Source of the DNA: Gammaproteobacteria bacterium
GTDB lineage: Bacteria; Pseudomonadota; Gammaproteobacteria; UBA4575
Assembly (NCBI GenBank): GCA_965223115.1
Contig: OZ244982.1
Coordinates: 2,557,636-2,621,635 of the forward strand
Length of the DNA: 64,000 nt
Reading direction: 5' to 3'
How positions within the stretch are numbered: position 1 is the first letter of the stretch; each line of letters begins with the position of its first letter. Shown one piece after another: positions 50,314 through 61,117 of the stretch. Below the pieces are notes generated by a model. It did not search any database, had not been told where the DNA came from, and worked only from the letters and a program-made list of their open reading frames with translations. The position numbers were made by a program, and so were the translations under genes.

Positions 50314-50518
50314 TAGTATCTATTATTAATGGTTATGTAGCTGATTCACAGCGTCAATATTTTGACGAATGGATATTTATTAGCCATATCAGGCTGATAA
50401 GCGCTCATACAAGGTAAAATAGTAATATGTAGTGGCGTGGTTGTAAAAACTTCATCAAACAAAGTTTAAATAGCTTGTTTAGTGTCTCAGTCTTTAGCAG
50501 TAAGTAAATTTCTGTCTC

Positions 50519-51913
50519 TCATTCTGTGTAAATAAATTCATAACAGGGTACATAACTGCTCCCTGGTATTTTCATACGTTGTCTTTTTTCAAATGAATGC
50601 AGCAATAAAGACATAGGCTCCAGAATAGATTTTTTCCCTCTCAATTTTAATGGACCATGCTTTTCGATGGAGCGAATACCTTGTTCTTTAACATTGCCAG
50701 AGACAATGCCGGATAAGCCATTACGAATATTGGAGGCTAATCTATATTTCTCTTGATTTTCGTGAAATTCAAGTGAATTCATATTTTCATGTGTAGGATC
50801 AAACGGTCGTTGAAATTCTTCCACAACGTTTAATGACCAATTGAAATAATATGCATCATCTTTTTCTTCTCGATACTGTTTTACTTTTTCAATTCCAGCT
50901 TTAATATACGTAGCGACAGATATTGGGTCATTAATAATAATTTTATAATATTGTTTGGCCGTATTGCCTAAGGTTTTGACGATAAATGAATCGATTTCCT
51001 CGAAATAGTCACTTGATTCATCAGGCCCTGTAAAAATAAGCGGAAAAGGTAAACTGCTGTTACTGGGATGTAGTAACACTCCTAATGTATAAAATATTTC
51101 TTCAGCAGTGCCAACACCACCAGGGAAAACAATCATTGCATGACCTATTCGTACAAATGCTTCAAGGCGCTTTTCTATGTCCGGCATAATGACCAGATTA
51201 TTAACTATGGGGTTAGGTGGTTCTGCTGCAATGATTCCAGGTTCAGAAACACCTAAATATTGAGTATCTCTAATACGTTGTTTTGCGTGCCCTACTGCAG
51301 CACCTTTCATGGGACCTTTCATTGCCCCTGGTCCACAACCAGTACAAATATTCAAACCTCGTAATCCTAATTGATAGCCAACTTCTTTCGAGTAATCGTA
51401 CTCTGCACGGCCAATTGAATGCCCGCCCCAACAAACTACTAAATTAGGTTCAGTGGATGATTGTAAAATATTGGCATTTCTAAGAATATGGAAGACCGCG
51501 TCTGTCATACCGTTTGAAGTAGTTAAATCCAGAATTGGGTTATTGTCTATTTCATCATTGATGTAAATAACGTCTCTCAATACAGAAAATAGATGTTCAC
51601 CAATCCCTTTTATGATTTGTCCATCTACGAATGCACTAATAGGTGCATTCGTTAATTTAAGACAGATACCTTTTTCTTCTTGAATAATAGATATGTCGAA
51701 TGATGCATATCGTTCTAATAACTCTCGACCATCATCTAATGGGTTGCCACAGTTTAAAACAGCAAGTGAGCAATTCCTAAATAGTTTATATAATCCACCT
51801 TGGCTAGTGTCTAATAGCCTACTTACTTCGATTTTAGATAGTACATCAAGCTGTCCATCTGGATAGACTAAGGCGTTAGTGACTTCGTATTTCATAACTT
51901 GATAGTTTAGCAA
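50519..51913 (-). CDS. ppnN: Nucleotide 5'-monophosphate nucleosidase PpnN (LOG family)
   Basis: 464 aa; LOG motifs (…CTGCGPGAMKGPMKGA…, PGGVGTAEE) and the flanking domains seen in E. coli PpnN/YgdH. Confidence 0.8.
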   Translation of the reverse strand: MLNYQVMKYEVTNALVYPDGQLDVLSKIEVSRLLDTSQGGLYKLFRNCSLAVLNCGNPLDDGRELLERYASFDISIIQEEKGICLKLTNAPISAFVDGQIIKGIGEHLFSVLRDVIYINDEIDNNPILDLTTSNGMTDAVFHILRNANILQSSTEPNLVVCWGGHSIGRAEYDYSKEVGYQLGLRGLNICTGCGPGAMKGPMKGAAVGHAKQRIRDTQYLGVSEPGIIAAEPPNPIVNNLVIMPDIEKRLEAFVRIGHAMIVFPGGVGTAEEIFYTLGVLLHPSNSSLPFPLIFTGPDESSDYFEEIDSFIVKTLGNTAKQYYKIIINDPISVATYIKAGIEKVKQYREEKDDAYYFNWSLNVVEEFQRPFDPTHENMNSLEFHENQEKYRLASNIRNGLSGIVSGNVKEQGIRSIEKHGPLKLRGKKSILEPMSLLLHSFEKRQRMKIPGSSYVPCYEFIYTE

Positions 51914-52013
51914 CTAATTTCATAATTTATAAATCAAGTTTTAAAAGTTATATTTATCGTAAATGCATTATTATAGAATGCATGATTAGCAACAAGTAAA
52001 CCAGGAGATTTCT

Positions 52014-52301
52014 ATGGCTAATGAAGGTTATCATGAACCTATAAATGAGCTTTCCGATGAGACGCGTGATATGCATCGTGCTATTACATCACTAATGGAA
52101 GAACTAGAAGCAGTAGATTGGTATAACCAGCGAGTGGATGCCTGTAGTGATCCTGATTTGAAAGCCATACTTGAGCATAATCGAGATGAAGAAAAAGAAC
52201 ACGCAGCGATGGTATTAGAATGGATTCGACGTAAAGATCCAACTATGGATAAAGAATTAAAAGATTATTTATTTACAGACAAACCTATTGCACATAAATA
52301 G
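52014..52301 (+). CDS. Encapsulated-ferritin-like (EncFtn family) small ferritin-like protein, no adjacent encapsulin
   Basis: 95 aa. …HRAITSLMEELEAVDWYNQRVDACSDPDLKAILEHNRDEEKEHAAMVLEWIRR… closely resembles my recollection of EncFtn (Rhodospirillum rubrum type). ExxH di-iron motifs are present. Confidence 0.55.
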   Translation: MANEGYHEPINELSDETRDMHRAITSLMEELEAVDWYNQRVDACSDPDLKAILEHNRDEEKEHAAMVLEWIRRKDPTMDKELKDYLFTDKPIAHK

Positions 52302-52327
52302 TATTTGTCTCAATTTAAGGTAGTGCC

Positions 52328-53080
52328 GTGATCTTTCGTCAACTATTTGAGTCAAGCTCGTCTACTTACACATACTTACTTGCTTGCCAGGAAACTGGAG
52401 TAACAGTATTAATTGATCCTGTTTTAGAAACTGTAGATCGAGATATACAGGTGTTAAGTGAACTTGGTCTAAAGTTACATTATACTATTGATACTCATAT
52501 CCATGCAGATCATTTAACTAGTGCTAAAAAGCTTAAGGCATTGTTAAAAAGTAAGATCGTTTATCCTAAGGAGGCTGGTCTCCCGTGTCAGGACTTGACG
52601 GTTGAGGAAGGGCAAATATTTAAACTAGGCAATATTGAATTGCATCCTTTATTTACACCTGGGCATACGGATCATCATTATGCTTACTTAATAGAAAATA
52701 GTACCCATAAGATGGTATTTAGTGGAGATGCATTATTGATTGAAGCATGTGGGCGTACTGACTTTCAGTCTGGTGATGCAGCAGTACTTTATGAAAGTAT
52801 CCATACAAAATTTTTTAATTTACCAAATGAGACTTTAGTGTATCCTGCGCATGATTATGAAGGTCGGTGTGTAACTAGTATTGGGCAAGAAAAAAATCGT
52901 AACCCTAGGTTGGCTAATAACATTTCTAAATCTAAATTTATTCAAATAATGGATAATTTAAATCTGCCATACCCTCGCAAAATAGATTTTGCTGTGCCAG
53001 GTAATGAAAAGTGTGGATCATGTCCGCCCAATGTTCCCGAAGAATTACGTAGTCCTTGTGAAGTACATGATCAAGGCTGA
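52328..53080 (+). CDS. MBL-fold persulfide dioxygenase (ETHE1-like)
   Basis: 250 aa; MIFRQLFESSSSTYTYLLA…HIHADH…TPGHTDHH…HDYEG. Confidence 0.8.
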   Translation: MIFRQLFESSSSTYTYLLACQETGVTVLIDPVLETVDRDIQVLSELGLKLHYTIDTHIHADHLTSAKKLKALLKSKIVYPKEAGLPCQDLTVEEGQIFKLGNIELHPLFTPGHTDHHYAYLIENSTHKMVFSGDALLIEACGRTDFQSGDAAVLYESIHTKFFNLPNETLVYPAHDYEGRCVTSIGQEKNRNPRLANNISKSKFIQIMDNLNLPYPRKIDFAVPGNEKCGSCPPNVPEELRSPCEVHDQG

Positions 53081-53092
53081 ACTATTATACTT

Positions 53093-53467
53093 TTATTTAT
53101 AGTCACAAACTCCATAAAACTGACTGGGGACTAGTTCACCATCTATAATCGTATTTCTGCTATGCACAGATTTTCCATGTATATCAACAGTTGTAGTAAG
53201 AACATTTCCTCTTTTATTAATTTCTACGAATGTAAATCCGCCTCCAGTAGGGTAGAGCTGAACATCTGATATACTATTTTTTCTTAATACTTTTGCCTTA
53301 CTGGTTTCTTTATCGACGGTAAAATTCAACTGAAAAATCTCAACAACATTATCGACGCTTTTTATAGAAGCAAACTTATCATAGTTGCATAAGATATTTA
53401 TAGGTGCTGCTATTACTGTATGTATGCTGAAAAACGTATAAATAAATAAAGTTTTTAAAATATTCAT
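53093..53467 (-). CDS. Small secreted hypothetical protein
   Basis: 124 aa, signal peptide. Confidence 0.3.
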   Translation of the reverse strand: MNILKTLFIYTFFSIHTVIAAPINILCNYDKFASIKSVDNVVEIFQLNFTVDKETSKAKVLRKNSISDVQLYPTGGGFTFVEINKRGNVLTTTVDIHGKSVHSRNTIIDGELVPSQFYGVCDYK

Positions 53468-53794
53468 TTTAAATTCGATCGTCTAAGTAGTTCCTATAAA
53501 GTAAAATCTAGTTAATATTGTGATATCGGCTGAAATATAAAAAACTAAAATGTATTGTTATGCGCTCATTGCGTATACCTTTAATAAAGATATTGGGAAA
53601 ATGGGTAATATCAGAGTTTGTTACCGTTGTATGAAAATACCAGTAATTTGTTAAACATTCAGTTTGTCTTGATTGTTCACTTTTTTGTGTTGGTGTTTAT
53701 ATTTTGGGTCTTGATTATGACTCAAGAATTATGTAAAAGCGGTCTTGCATTATAACTATGACAAAAGTTTAAAGGACAAAAAAATTTAAAAATT

Positions 53795-55075
53795 TTAATA
53801 AGTTGGTATTGTTAACCATTTTAGGTCTGTACTAAGTGGACTTGATAAAGTATGCAAGAAAGCTTCAAGTTGTTGTATTTCTATTATATTTAAACTTAAT
53901 GGCTTTGCTTCGTTATGACCTATCATTGCAGGTGGCGCCAAGTTGTATTGATCAATAACTTCGAATAAGTTGTTTAATTGTCCTGCATGCATATAGGGTG
54001 CAGTTTCAGCGACATTTCTTAATGAAGGCGTTTTGTGTGCACCAATAAGATCATCACCTGTCTTAATGAATCGTAAATCTGCACAATCTTGTATATTTGC
54101 ATCACTATATAATCCTAAACAATTAAAATTATCTGTAACTACTTTCCTAGCTCCTTGTGCTCTGCCAATGCTGGGGAGTTGACCAGGTGGTGATAGAATA
54201 CTGGTATTGTGAAATTCATTATTAGTAAAAAGTGGGCTATTATGGCAATTGGTACATTGTGCTTTGCCAATAAATAATTTTAGCCCATTGATCTCTTTTA
54301 AATTAAGTGATTTCATTTTTTCTTTATTGTTTTCCATTACACCTTCAACATAGGTATCAAATCTTGATGGCCCTGGTAATAACAAGCGCTCATAAGCCGC
54401 AATGGATTTTCCAATATTTACGAAGATATTATTAATTTCTTTTTTGTCGTTTACGGACATTTCTTTCCAAGCTTGATTCCAGTCTTTATTTTCTACTGGG
54501 CCTGCATGTATAGGAAAGCGCGATTTATCAGAAAGATCAGGAAAAGCACCGAATAATTCTTCATATATCGATTTATAATCAGAGACTTCATATATTAAAT
54601 GCGCAAAGAATGTACGTGTTCCAGCTTGTTCTAAAGAGTTTTCTAAAGGAGCTAAGGCTTGTGACCATAAACTATCTTTCCTACCATCCCAAAAAAACCA
54701 TGGGCTGTAAGCTACGCCTATTAAACCCATTGTATTTCGAACGCCTTGTTTATTTCCTTGTGCGACTTTTAAGCCATCCGTAAAGCTAAGTTCAGGGATA
54801 TGACAGGTAGCACACGATATGTTACCAGTAGCACTTAGTCGTGGATCAAAAAATAATTTGTGTCCTAGTTGAGCGGCTAACAGATTATCAGCCACTTTAT
54901 TGCTAACGCTTCTAGCTAAAGGTGAAAGATTACCTATCCAAAGTGATTGTAGAATCCTGAGTTCTGTAGTTGACCAGTTTTTTTGAGTTTTGTTTTGATA
55001 ATGAATCCAATATGCAGTTATGACGAATGTAATAATGATAAAAATAATTGCAAGTACTTGTGTTGGTTTTGACAT
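53795..55075 (-). CDS. Di-heme cytochrome c peroxidase (CCP/MauG family)
   Basis: 426 aa; N-terminal anchor; two CxxCH (CATCH, CTNCH). Confidence 0.85.
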   Translation of the reverse strand: MSKPTQVLAIIFIIITFVITAYWIHYQNKTQKNWSTTELRILQSLWIGNLSPLARSVSNKVADNLLAAQLGHKLFFDPRLSATGNISCATCHIPELSFTDGLKVAQGNKQGVRNTMGLIGVAYSPWFFWDGRKDSLWSQALAPLENSLEQAGTRTFFAHLIYEVSDYKSIYEELFGAFPDLSDKSRFPIHAGPVENKDWNQAWKEMSVNDKKEINNIFVNIGKSIAAYERLLLPGPSRFDTYVEGVMENNKEKMKSLNLKEINGLKLFIGKAQCTNCHNSPLFTNNEFHNTSILSPPGQLPSIGRAQGARKVVTDNFNCLGLYSDANIQDCADLRFIKTGDDLIGAHKTPSLRNVAETAPYMHAGQLNNLFEVIDQYNLAPPAMIGHNEAKPLSLNIIEIQQLEAFLHTLSSPLSTDLKWLTIPTY

Positions 55076-55084
55076 AGAAAGGTT

Positions 55085-55501
55085 TTATAAATTGAGGTCA
55101 AATGTGACGCTGTCGTGCACGTTTTTGTCACTTATAGAGAGCGTTATTGTCCACCAACCGCTCATATGAAACTTTATGCCTTCAAGCAAGTAACAGCCAT
55201 TACCCAAGTTTTCTGTAATTTGCGGACGGGTAGGTAGTCCATGGTCGTGCTCAGGCATACCCCCGTCTACATTAATGTTAGCATCAAGTACGGCATGTTT
55301 ATTTTTGTCTTCTACTTTGATAATCCATGCATGCATGGTATTGATTGTGATGGGGTCAAGTTTACTTGTGATAGAAACAGTAAAATGCTCATTATCAGTT
55401 TGTTTCTTTAGATTATTTTCGGCTGAAGATTGAACAATTGATATTTGTAGTGCTAGCAATACATATATAAGTACTAAAATGAACTTTGCTGCTGGTGTCA
55501 T
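55085..55501 (-). CDS. Secreted hypothetical protein (FixH/YtkA-like His-rich motif MPEHDHG)
   Basis: 138 aa; signal peptide. Confidence 0.3.
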   Translation of the reverse strand: MTPAAKFILVLIYVLLALQISIVQSSAENNLKKQTDNEHFTVSITSKLDPITINTMHAWIIKVEDKNKHAVLDANINVDGGMPEHDHGLPTRPQITENLGNGCYLLEGIKFHMSGWWTITLSISDKNVHDSVTFDLNL

Positions 55502-55511
55502 GATCTGATCT

Positions 55512-56162
55512 TTATTTAGTTGAAATAAGCCTATTTCTTATTCGTTTATATCCACCGTTCAAAAGCCAATAGTTTAGTTGTAGAAATAGTGCAATAGCGA
55601 TAAACAAAGGGATATAGCCCCAACTTTGGCTGCCTACTCTAAAAGGAAATACAGCTATGTATGGATCAATTTTACCAGGGATATATGCAGTTACGATTCC
55701 TATATAGTTTCCAGTTTGTTCGAATTGATGTAGGGCAAGCAATACACCATCTTGTTGTATAGACGGGTTTTGATAAAATACAGACACTTTATTTAAGTCT
55801 GTTATTTTTTTTAAGTCTTCTTCTTTAAAGAAACGGCCTTTCTTAAGCACGTCGTGAATAATGCGTAACTCAACAGGAGCATCGCGTAAACCACTGTGTA
55901 TATATTCCATTACAAATATACTTTCTCCAATGCTAGGAATATCCTCGCAAAATTCTTTATGCTTACTTAGCTGAGGTTGGTAAATGGTAAAGTGGGCTTT
56001 ATAAAAGCCAATTTGAATGAGGCATAAATCGTCTTCCTGAAATACGCCACCATGAGAGAATGCACTTGAACAATGCAGAACTAATATCAAGAATATAGCT
56101 TGATTTATATTTTGTGCTAGGTTCTTTATTATGTAGAAAAATACATTCCTTGCAGATTTCAC
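55512..56162 (-). CDS. Hypothetical membrane-anchored protein
   Basis: 216 aa; N- and C-terminal hydrophobic segments. Confidence 0.3.
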   Translation of the reverse strand: MKSARNVFFYIIKNLAQNINQAIFLILVLHCSSAFSHGGVFQEDDLCLIQIGFYKAHFTIYQPQLSKHKEFCEDIPSIGESIFVMEYIHSGLRDAPVELRIIHDVLKKGRFFKEEDLKKITDLNKVSVFYQNPSIQQDGVLLALHQFEQTGNYIGIVTAYIPGKIDPYIAVFPFRVGSQSWGYIPLFIAIALFLQLNYWLLNGGYKRIRNRLISTK

Positions 56163-56182
56163 AACATATCAACTAACAACAA

Positions 56183-56548
56183 CTAGTGTTCTGCTGATTT
56201 ATTATGATGATGTTCTACTGCAGGGGCTTCCTCTAAGCCAAAGAACTTAGCTCGTGCAAGATATGTGTAATCACCTTCTATGGACATTAACCCAATAAGT
56301 ACCAATAAAGCTACAGGAGGTACTAATATGGCAGTTATTAAAGCAATCCGTTCCCAGGCCATATGCATAAATATGGCAACGATGAAGCCTGCTTTTAACA
56401 TCATAAATATGATAATTAAATTCCATCTCAGATAGCCTTGGAATTGAAAATAGTCTACTAAATATGAAAATGTACTAAGTACAAATAGTAGAATCCAGAT
56501 CCATAAGTAAATGCTTAAAGGGTGTTGTTGACCTTCTTCTGCTGACAT
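56183..56548 (-). CDS. Cytochrome c oxidase subunit IV-like small membrane protein
   Basis: 121 aa; 3 TM; lies after the subunit III genes, the CoxQ/CtaD-IV position. Confidence 0.45.
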   Translation of the reverse strand: MSAEEGQQHPLSIYLWIWILLFVLSTFSYLVDYFQFQGYLRWNLIIIFMMLKAGFIVAIFMHMAWERIALITAILVPPVALLVLIGLMSIEGDYTYLARAKFFGLEEAPAVEHHHNKSAEH

Positions 56549-56557
56549 TATTGTTCC

Positions 56558-57235
56558 TCACCAAAGATAAAAGAATGCAAAGATAAATACCCAAACTAGA
56601 TCGACGAAGTGCCAATATAAACCTGCAATTTCGACAATATCGTAACCTTTTTCCTCATAGCGACCGTTTAGAACGCCTATCGCCACGTACGTTAAGTAAA
56701 TCACACCACCTGTCACGTGTCCTCCATGAAAACCGGTAATCATAAAAAAGCATGCGCCGAATTGTGGTGCACCAAAAGGATTACCCCAAGGTCTTACGCC
56801 TTCATCAACTATGAGCTTGGTCCACTCAAAGGCTTGCATGCCGACAAAGGTAAGACCAAATGCAGCCGTGATAAGTAGCAGTAAGGCCGTTTTGCCGCGA
56901 TCTTTGCGATAGCCATAATTTACTGCTAGTGCCATGGTGCCACTGCTGGTGATTAGTATGAAAGTCATAATGGCGATGAGAATTAACGGTATCGGATCAC
57001 CACCAAACGATAGAGCAAATATCTCACTAGGATTAGGCCAAGGTATGGTGGAGCTGATACGTATTTTCATATAGCCAGTAAGAAATGAAGTAAAAATAAA
57101 CGTATCACTAAGGAGGAAAATCCACATCATGGCTTTACCCCAATGGACTTTAAATACTTCTTTATCATCAGCCCAATCCGTAACTAAACCGGTCATTGCA
57201 TCTTGTGTTGCAACATCTCCTGAGCTTTGTGCCAT
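56558..57235 (-). CDS. Cytochrome c oxidase subunit III (CoxP-like)
   Basis: 225 aa; C-terminal …GFHGGHV…YWHFVDLVWVFIFAFFY. Confidence 0.85.
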   Translation of the reverse strand: MAQSSGDVATQDAMTGLVTDWADDKEVFKVHWGKAMMWIFLLSDTFIFTSFLTGYMKIRISSTIPWPNPSEIFALSFGGDPIPLILIAIMTFILITSSGTMALAVNYGYRKDRGKTALLLLITAAFGLTFVGMQAFEWTKLIVDEGVRPWGNPFGAPQFGACFFMITGFHGGHVTGGVIYLTYVAIGVLNGRYEEKGYDIVEIAGLYWHFVDLVWVFIFAFFYLW

Positions 57236-57262
57236 TTTTATATCCTCATTATATAGACCAAA

Positions 57263-57928
57263 TTAAGTAGACAATAATAGTGCGAATAGAACTAGCCAAA
57301 CTAGCAATAAGAAATGCCAATATATAGTGCAGAGTTCTACGCTCATGCGAACTTTATACACTTCAATTTTAGTTTGTAATTTAAAGGTGGTTCTGCTCCA
57401 CACCCATAAACCGCCAAGAATATGTAATGCGTGTATTGCGGTCAGTACGTAATAGAAGGCATTAGCAGGATTACCAGTAATAAAGTATCCGGCATCGTAT
57501 AGTCCCTGCCATGCCCATAATTGACCGACGATAAATGCAAACGTAAAAACTCCAGCAATGAATAAATTGCTTTTAACGCTTTTAACTTGACTTCGTATTG
57601 CTGCATTACGCGCTAGTTGGAAAAAGACACTGGCTAACACTAGTAAACCAGTATTGAACCATAAAATCCAAGGCTCGGGTAATGGTTGCCAGTCTCCAAA
57701 TTCCATACGTTGGAAATAGGCACTGACAAAAAGGGAAAACAATGAGCTTGCTACACCAAGAAAAACGATTAAACCAATTTTTGCAGGTGGAATAGAGAAT
57801 GCACCACTTACATGGTCGTTACCTGTTAGTCCTTCTTCGGCCCACGGTTGTACATTTATAGTTTGGCGTATAAGCCAAAAAACTATGCCGCCCATGATGA
57901 TAGCTAAAACAATCAGCGTGGCAGTCAT
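57263..57928 (-). CDS. Second cytochrome c oxidase subunit III-like protein (CoxO-like)
   Basis: 221 aa; …LTAIHALHILGG…YWHFLLLVWLVLF…. Confidence 0.75.
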   Translation of the reverse strand: MTATLIVLAIIMGGIVFWLIRQTINVQPWAEEGLTGNDHVSGAFSIPPAKIGLIVFLGVASSLFSLFVSAYFQRMEFGDWQPLPEPWILWFNTGLLVLASVFFQLARNAAIRSQVKSVKSNLFIAGVFTFAFIVGQLWAWQGLYDAGYFITGNPANAFYYVLTAIHALHILGGLWVWSRTTFKLQTKIEVYKVRMSVELCTIYWHFLLLVWLVLFALLLST

Positions 57929-57930
57929 AT

Positions 57931-59679
57931 TTAGGTTTCCATTTCGTGTTTAGAGTTTTCGCTTGGTTCTTCGTTTTGAGGAATGAAATCTTCTTTTGCA
58001 CCAGGAACACTGTAAGAGTAAGCCCATCGATAGACTACAGGTAAATCTGGTCCCCAGTTGCCATGTTTAGGGGGTGTATCCGGAGTTTGCCACTCTAATG
58101 TTGTAGCTCGCCAAGGGTTGCTATCGGCTTTTTTGCCATTGAATATGCTCCATAGAATATTAATTATAAATAATACTTGTACACTTCCTACAATTAACGC
58201 CGCAATGGTAATGTTAGAGTTTACGGTTTGTACCGAATCCGGGAAGGATTCTATTGTTCCATAGGCATAGTAACGACGCGGTACACCCATTATGCCAAGA
58301 TAATGCATGGGCAAATAAACAGCATAAGTACCGAGGAAGGTGATCCAAAAATGAATTTTACCCAAAGTTTCATTCATCATGCGTCCAGTGAATTTTGGAA
58401 ACCAATGATACATTCCGCCAAAGATTACCAAGAAGGGTGACACACCCATTACCATGTGAAAGTGTCCGATTACAAAATATGTATCAGATAGAGGGACATC
58501 TACAGCTACGTTTCCTAGAAATAACCCAGTCAAGCCACCATGGATAAAGGTAAAAATAAAACCAAGGGCAAATAGCATGGGTACAGTAAGATGAATGTTG
58601 CCATGCCAAAGTGTTAGTACCCAGTTGTAGACTTTAATTGCAGTGGGTACTGCAATGATTAGTGTTGTGGTTGCAAAGAAAAAACCGAAATATGGATTCA
58701 TGCCACTTACGTACATATGGTGCGCCCATACAATAAAGCTTAATGCACCAATTGCTACCAATGCCCAAACCATCATGCGGTAACCAAAAATATTTTTTCT
58801 TGCATGCGTACTGATTAAATCAGAAACAATTCCAAACATTGGCAATGCCACGATGTACACTTCTGGATGACCAAAGAACCAAAACAGGTGTTGAAATAAA
58901 ATAGGAGTGCCGCCAGTAGTATCAGTTTGTTCTCCAAGTGATGCAATGGCGGGCATAAAGAAGCTAGTACCTAACAATGCATCTAATAACATCATGATGG
59001 CTGCAACTAACAATGCAGGGAAGGCTAATAAACCTAAAATAGTAGCCATAATGATGCCCCAAACAGACAATGGCATACGCATTAAGGTCATACCTCTAGT
59101 ACGAGCTTGGAAGGCAGTAGTAACATAGTTCAGTCCACCCATAGTGAAGGCAACTATAAATAATGCCAATGAGCCCAGCATCAATAAGATACCCCAGCCA
59201 GAGCCGGCAGTACCTTCAGTAATTGCCTGGGGCGGATACAAAGTCCAACCGGCACCGGTAGCACCACCCGGCACAAAAAAGCTTGCACATAACACAATGA
59301 CAGAAGCTAAAAAAACCCAATAGCTGAGCATATTCATATAGGGAAACGCCATATCACGTGCGCCGCACATAAGGGGTATCAAAAGATTTCCAAACCCACC
59401 CAGGAAAAATGCGGTAAGCATGAAAATAACCATGATCATGCCGTGCATGGTAACTGCCGCGTAGTATTCATTTGGCTGTATAAAATCAAATACCCCCGGG
59501 AAGCCTAACTGCAGGCGCATCATACCGGATAACACAAGCCCGATTACTCCAACCAACGTTGCTGTAATAATATATTGAATGCCGATTACTTTATGGTCTT
59601 GGCTCCAGACATACATACCAATCCACGTCTTTGGATGGGCAAGCTCTTGTCCTTTGTCGGCTAATGCAACGTGTGCCAT
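57931..59679 (-). CDS. coxN: Cytochrome c oxidase subunit I
   Basis: 582 aa; full heme-copper oxidase subunit I (GHPEVY, HH, GHFHMV). Confidence 0.95.
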   Translation of the reverse strand: MAHVALADKGQELAHPKTWIGMYVWSQDHKVIGIQYIITATLVGVIGLVLSGMMRLQLGFPGVFDFIQPNEYYAAVTMHGMIMVIFMLTAFFLGGFGNLLIPLMCGARDMAFPYMNMLSYWVFLASVIVLCASFFVPGGATGAGWTLYPPQAITEGTAGSGWGILLMLGSLALFIVAFTMGGLNYVTTAFQARTRGMTLMRMPLSVWGIIMATILGLLAFPALLVAAIMMLLDALLGTSFFMPAIASLGEQTDTTGGTPILFQHLFWFFGHPEVYIVALPMFGIVSDLISTHARKNIFGYRMMVWALVAIGALSFIVWAHHMYVSGMNPYFGFFFATTTLIIAVPTAIKVYNWVLTLWHGNIHLTVPMLFALGFIFTFIHGGLTGLFLGNVAVDVPLSDTYFVIGHFHMVMGVSPFLVIFGGMYHWFPKFTGRMMNETLGKIHFWITFLGTYAVYLPMHYLGIMGVPRRYYAYGTIESFPDSVQTVNSNITIAALIVGSVQVLFIINILWSIFNGKKADSNPWRATTLEWQTPDTPPKHGNWGPDLPVVYRWAYSYSVPGAKEDFIPQNEEPSENSKHEMET

Positions 59680-59726
59680 AACTATCTCCTCATTACTCTA
59701 CATTTTCTTTGGTTTTTAAAAAGTTT

Positions 59727-61085
59727 TTACAGTGTATTAATATATGCAATCAGATCATTTATTTTTCCATCATTTAAACTCAGCACCATGGTTTCCATTT
59801 GCTGCCCTGTTATATCTTGCGGGTGGGCTCCACGAATACCATGTTTGAAATTCATAAGCTGTGTTTTTAAATACCAGTCATTCATACCCGCAATTCTTGG
59901 TGCGTTAACGGCCCAACGACCTTCTCCTTGTTTACCGTGACATTTGCCACAGGTGATATAAAGTTTTTCACCCTTTTTGGCATTACCTGTAATGGTATGA
60001 GTTGCTGGTTGATCTGGCAGTGTTTGTATGTAAGCAGCTATATTGTCCATAGCAGATTCGTCTACTAAAGTTGCTGCCATAGGGGCCATTTGTTGCCCAA
60101 AGGTATCTTGCTCGTCAGCACCACGAATACCATGTTTAAAATAACTGAGTTGACGTTTTATGTACCAATCTTCTTGGCCACTCAGTTTAGGAGAATTAAG
60201 AGCTTGATTGCCTTCACCCTGTAAACCATGACATGAAGCGCAAACTTGATATAAGGCTTTGCCTGCAGCAGCATCGCCAGGCTGGTGCGCACTTACTTGT
60301 GCGTAGGTTGGTTGCTTAGCTAACCACTTGTTGTAATCTTCTTCACTATCTACCACTACTCTGCCACGCATTGCATGGTGTCCGATGCCACAAAGTTCTT
60401 CGCAGAGCACATCAAAAGTGCCGGTACGTGTTGGAGTTAGCCACTGCCAAGTTATGGTACCGGGAACGAGATCCATTTTCACACGAAATTCAGGTACTGT
60501 GAAATTGTGTAATACGTCTTTGGAACGTAAAAGGAATTTAACTGGTTGGTCTATAGGGATGTGCAATTCACTACTAAAAATCAAAATGTCATCTTGACCG
60601 TTAGGGTCATCGGCATTCATCCCAAAAGGATTATCAATATTGATATTTTTTACACTGGTGGTCCCAAGTACACCATCATTACCAGGTAAACGATAGGTCC
60701 ACTGCCACTGCTGACCTACTGCCTCTACAATTGCGGAGTTTTCTGGTGGAGAAACAAACTTTCCCCATACAATCAAACCAGGAGCAAGCATTGCCACTAC
60801 ACCTACCGCAGTAATAATTGTAAGCCAACCTTCTAATTTTTTATTTTCAGGCTCATATTTTGCGCGTTGATCTTTGCTTTTATTGCGAAACTTTATAATG
60901 CAATACGCCATAAACAGATTAGTAAGCACAAAAACTATTCCACATACAATGAATGTAATGGTTACTGTAGTATCAATAGCGCCCCAGTTGGAGGCTAGTT
61001 CTGTGAAATACCATGGGCTCATAAAGTGGAAAATGACTGACCCAATGACTAATAAAATTACTACAATGGCAATAGCCATACTCAA
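59727..61085 (-). CDS. coxM: Cytochrome c oxidase subunit II fused to two c-type cytochrome domains
   Basis: 452 aa; CuA motif CEELCGIGHHAM, then CASCHG and CGKCHG. Confidence 0.9.
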   Translation of the reverse strand: MSMAIAIVVILLVIGSVIFHFMSPWYFTELASNWGAIDTTVTITFIVCGIVFVLTNLFMAYCIIKFRNKSKDQRAKYEPENKKLEGWLTIITAVGVVAMLAPGLIVWGKFVSPPENSAIVEAVGQQWQWTYRLPGNDGVLGTTSVKNINIDNPFGMNADDPNGQDDILIFSSELHIPIDQPVKFLLRSKDVLHNFTVPEFRVKMDLVPGTITWQWLTPTRTGTFDVLCEELCGIGHHAMRGRVVVDSEEDYNKWLAKQPTYAQVSAHQPGDAAAGKALYQVCASCHGLQGEGNQALNSPKLSGQEDWYIKRQLSYFKHGIRGADEQDTFGQQMAPMAATLVDESAMDNIAAYIQTLPDQPATHTITGNAKKGEKLYITCGKCHGKQGEGRWAVNAPRIAGMNDWYLKTQLMNFKHGIRGAHPQDITGQQMETMVLSLNDGKINDLIAYINTL

Positions 61086-61117
61086 GACTCCTTAATTAGT
61101 AAGGTATGATTTTTTTA

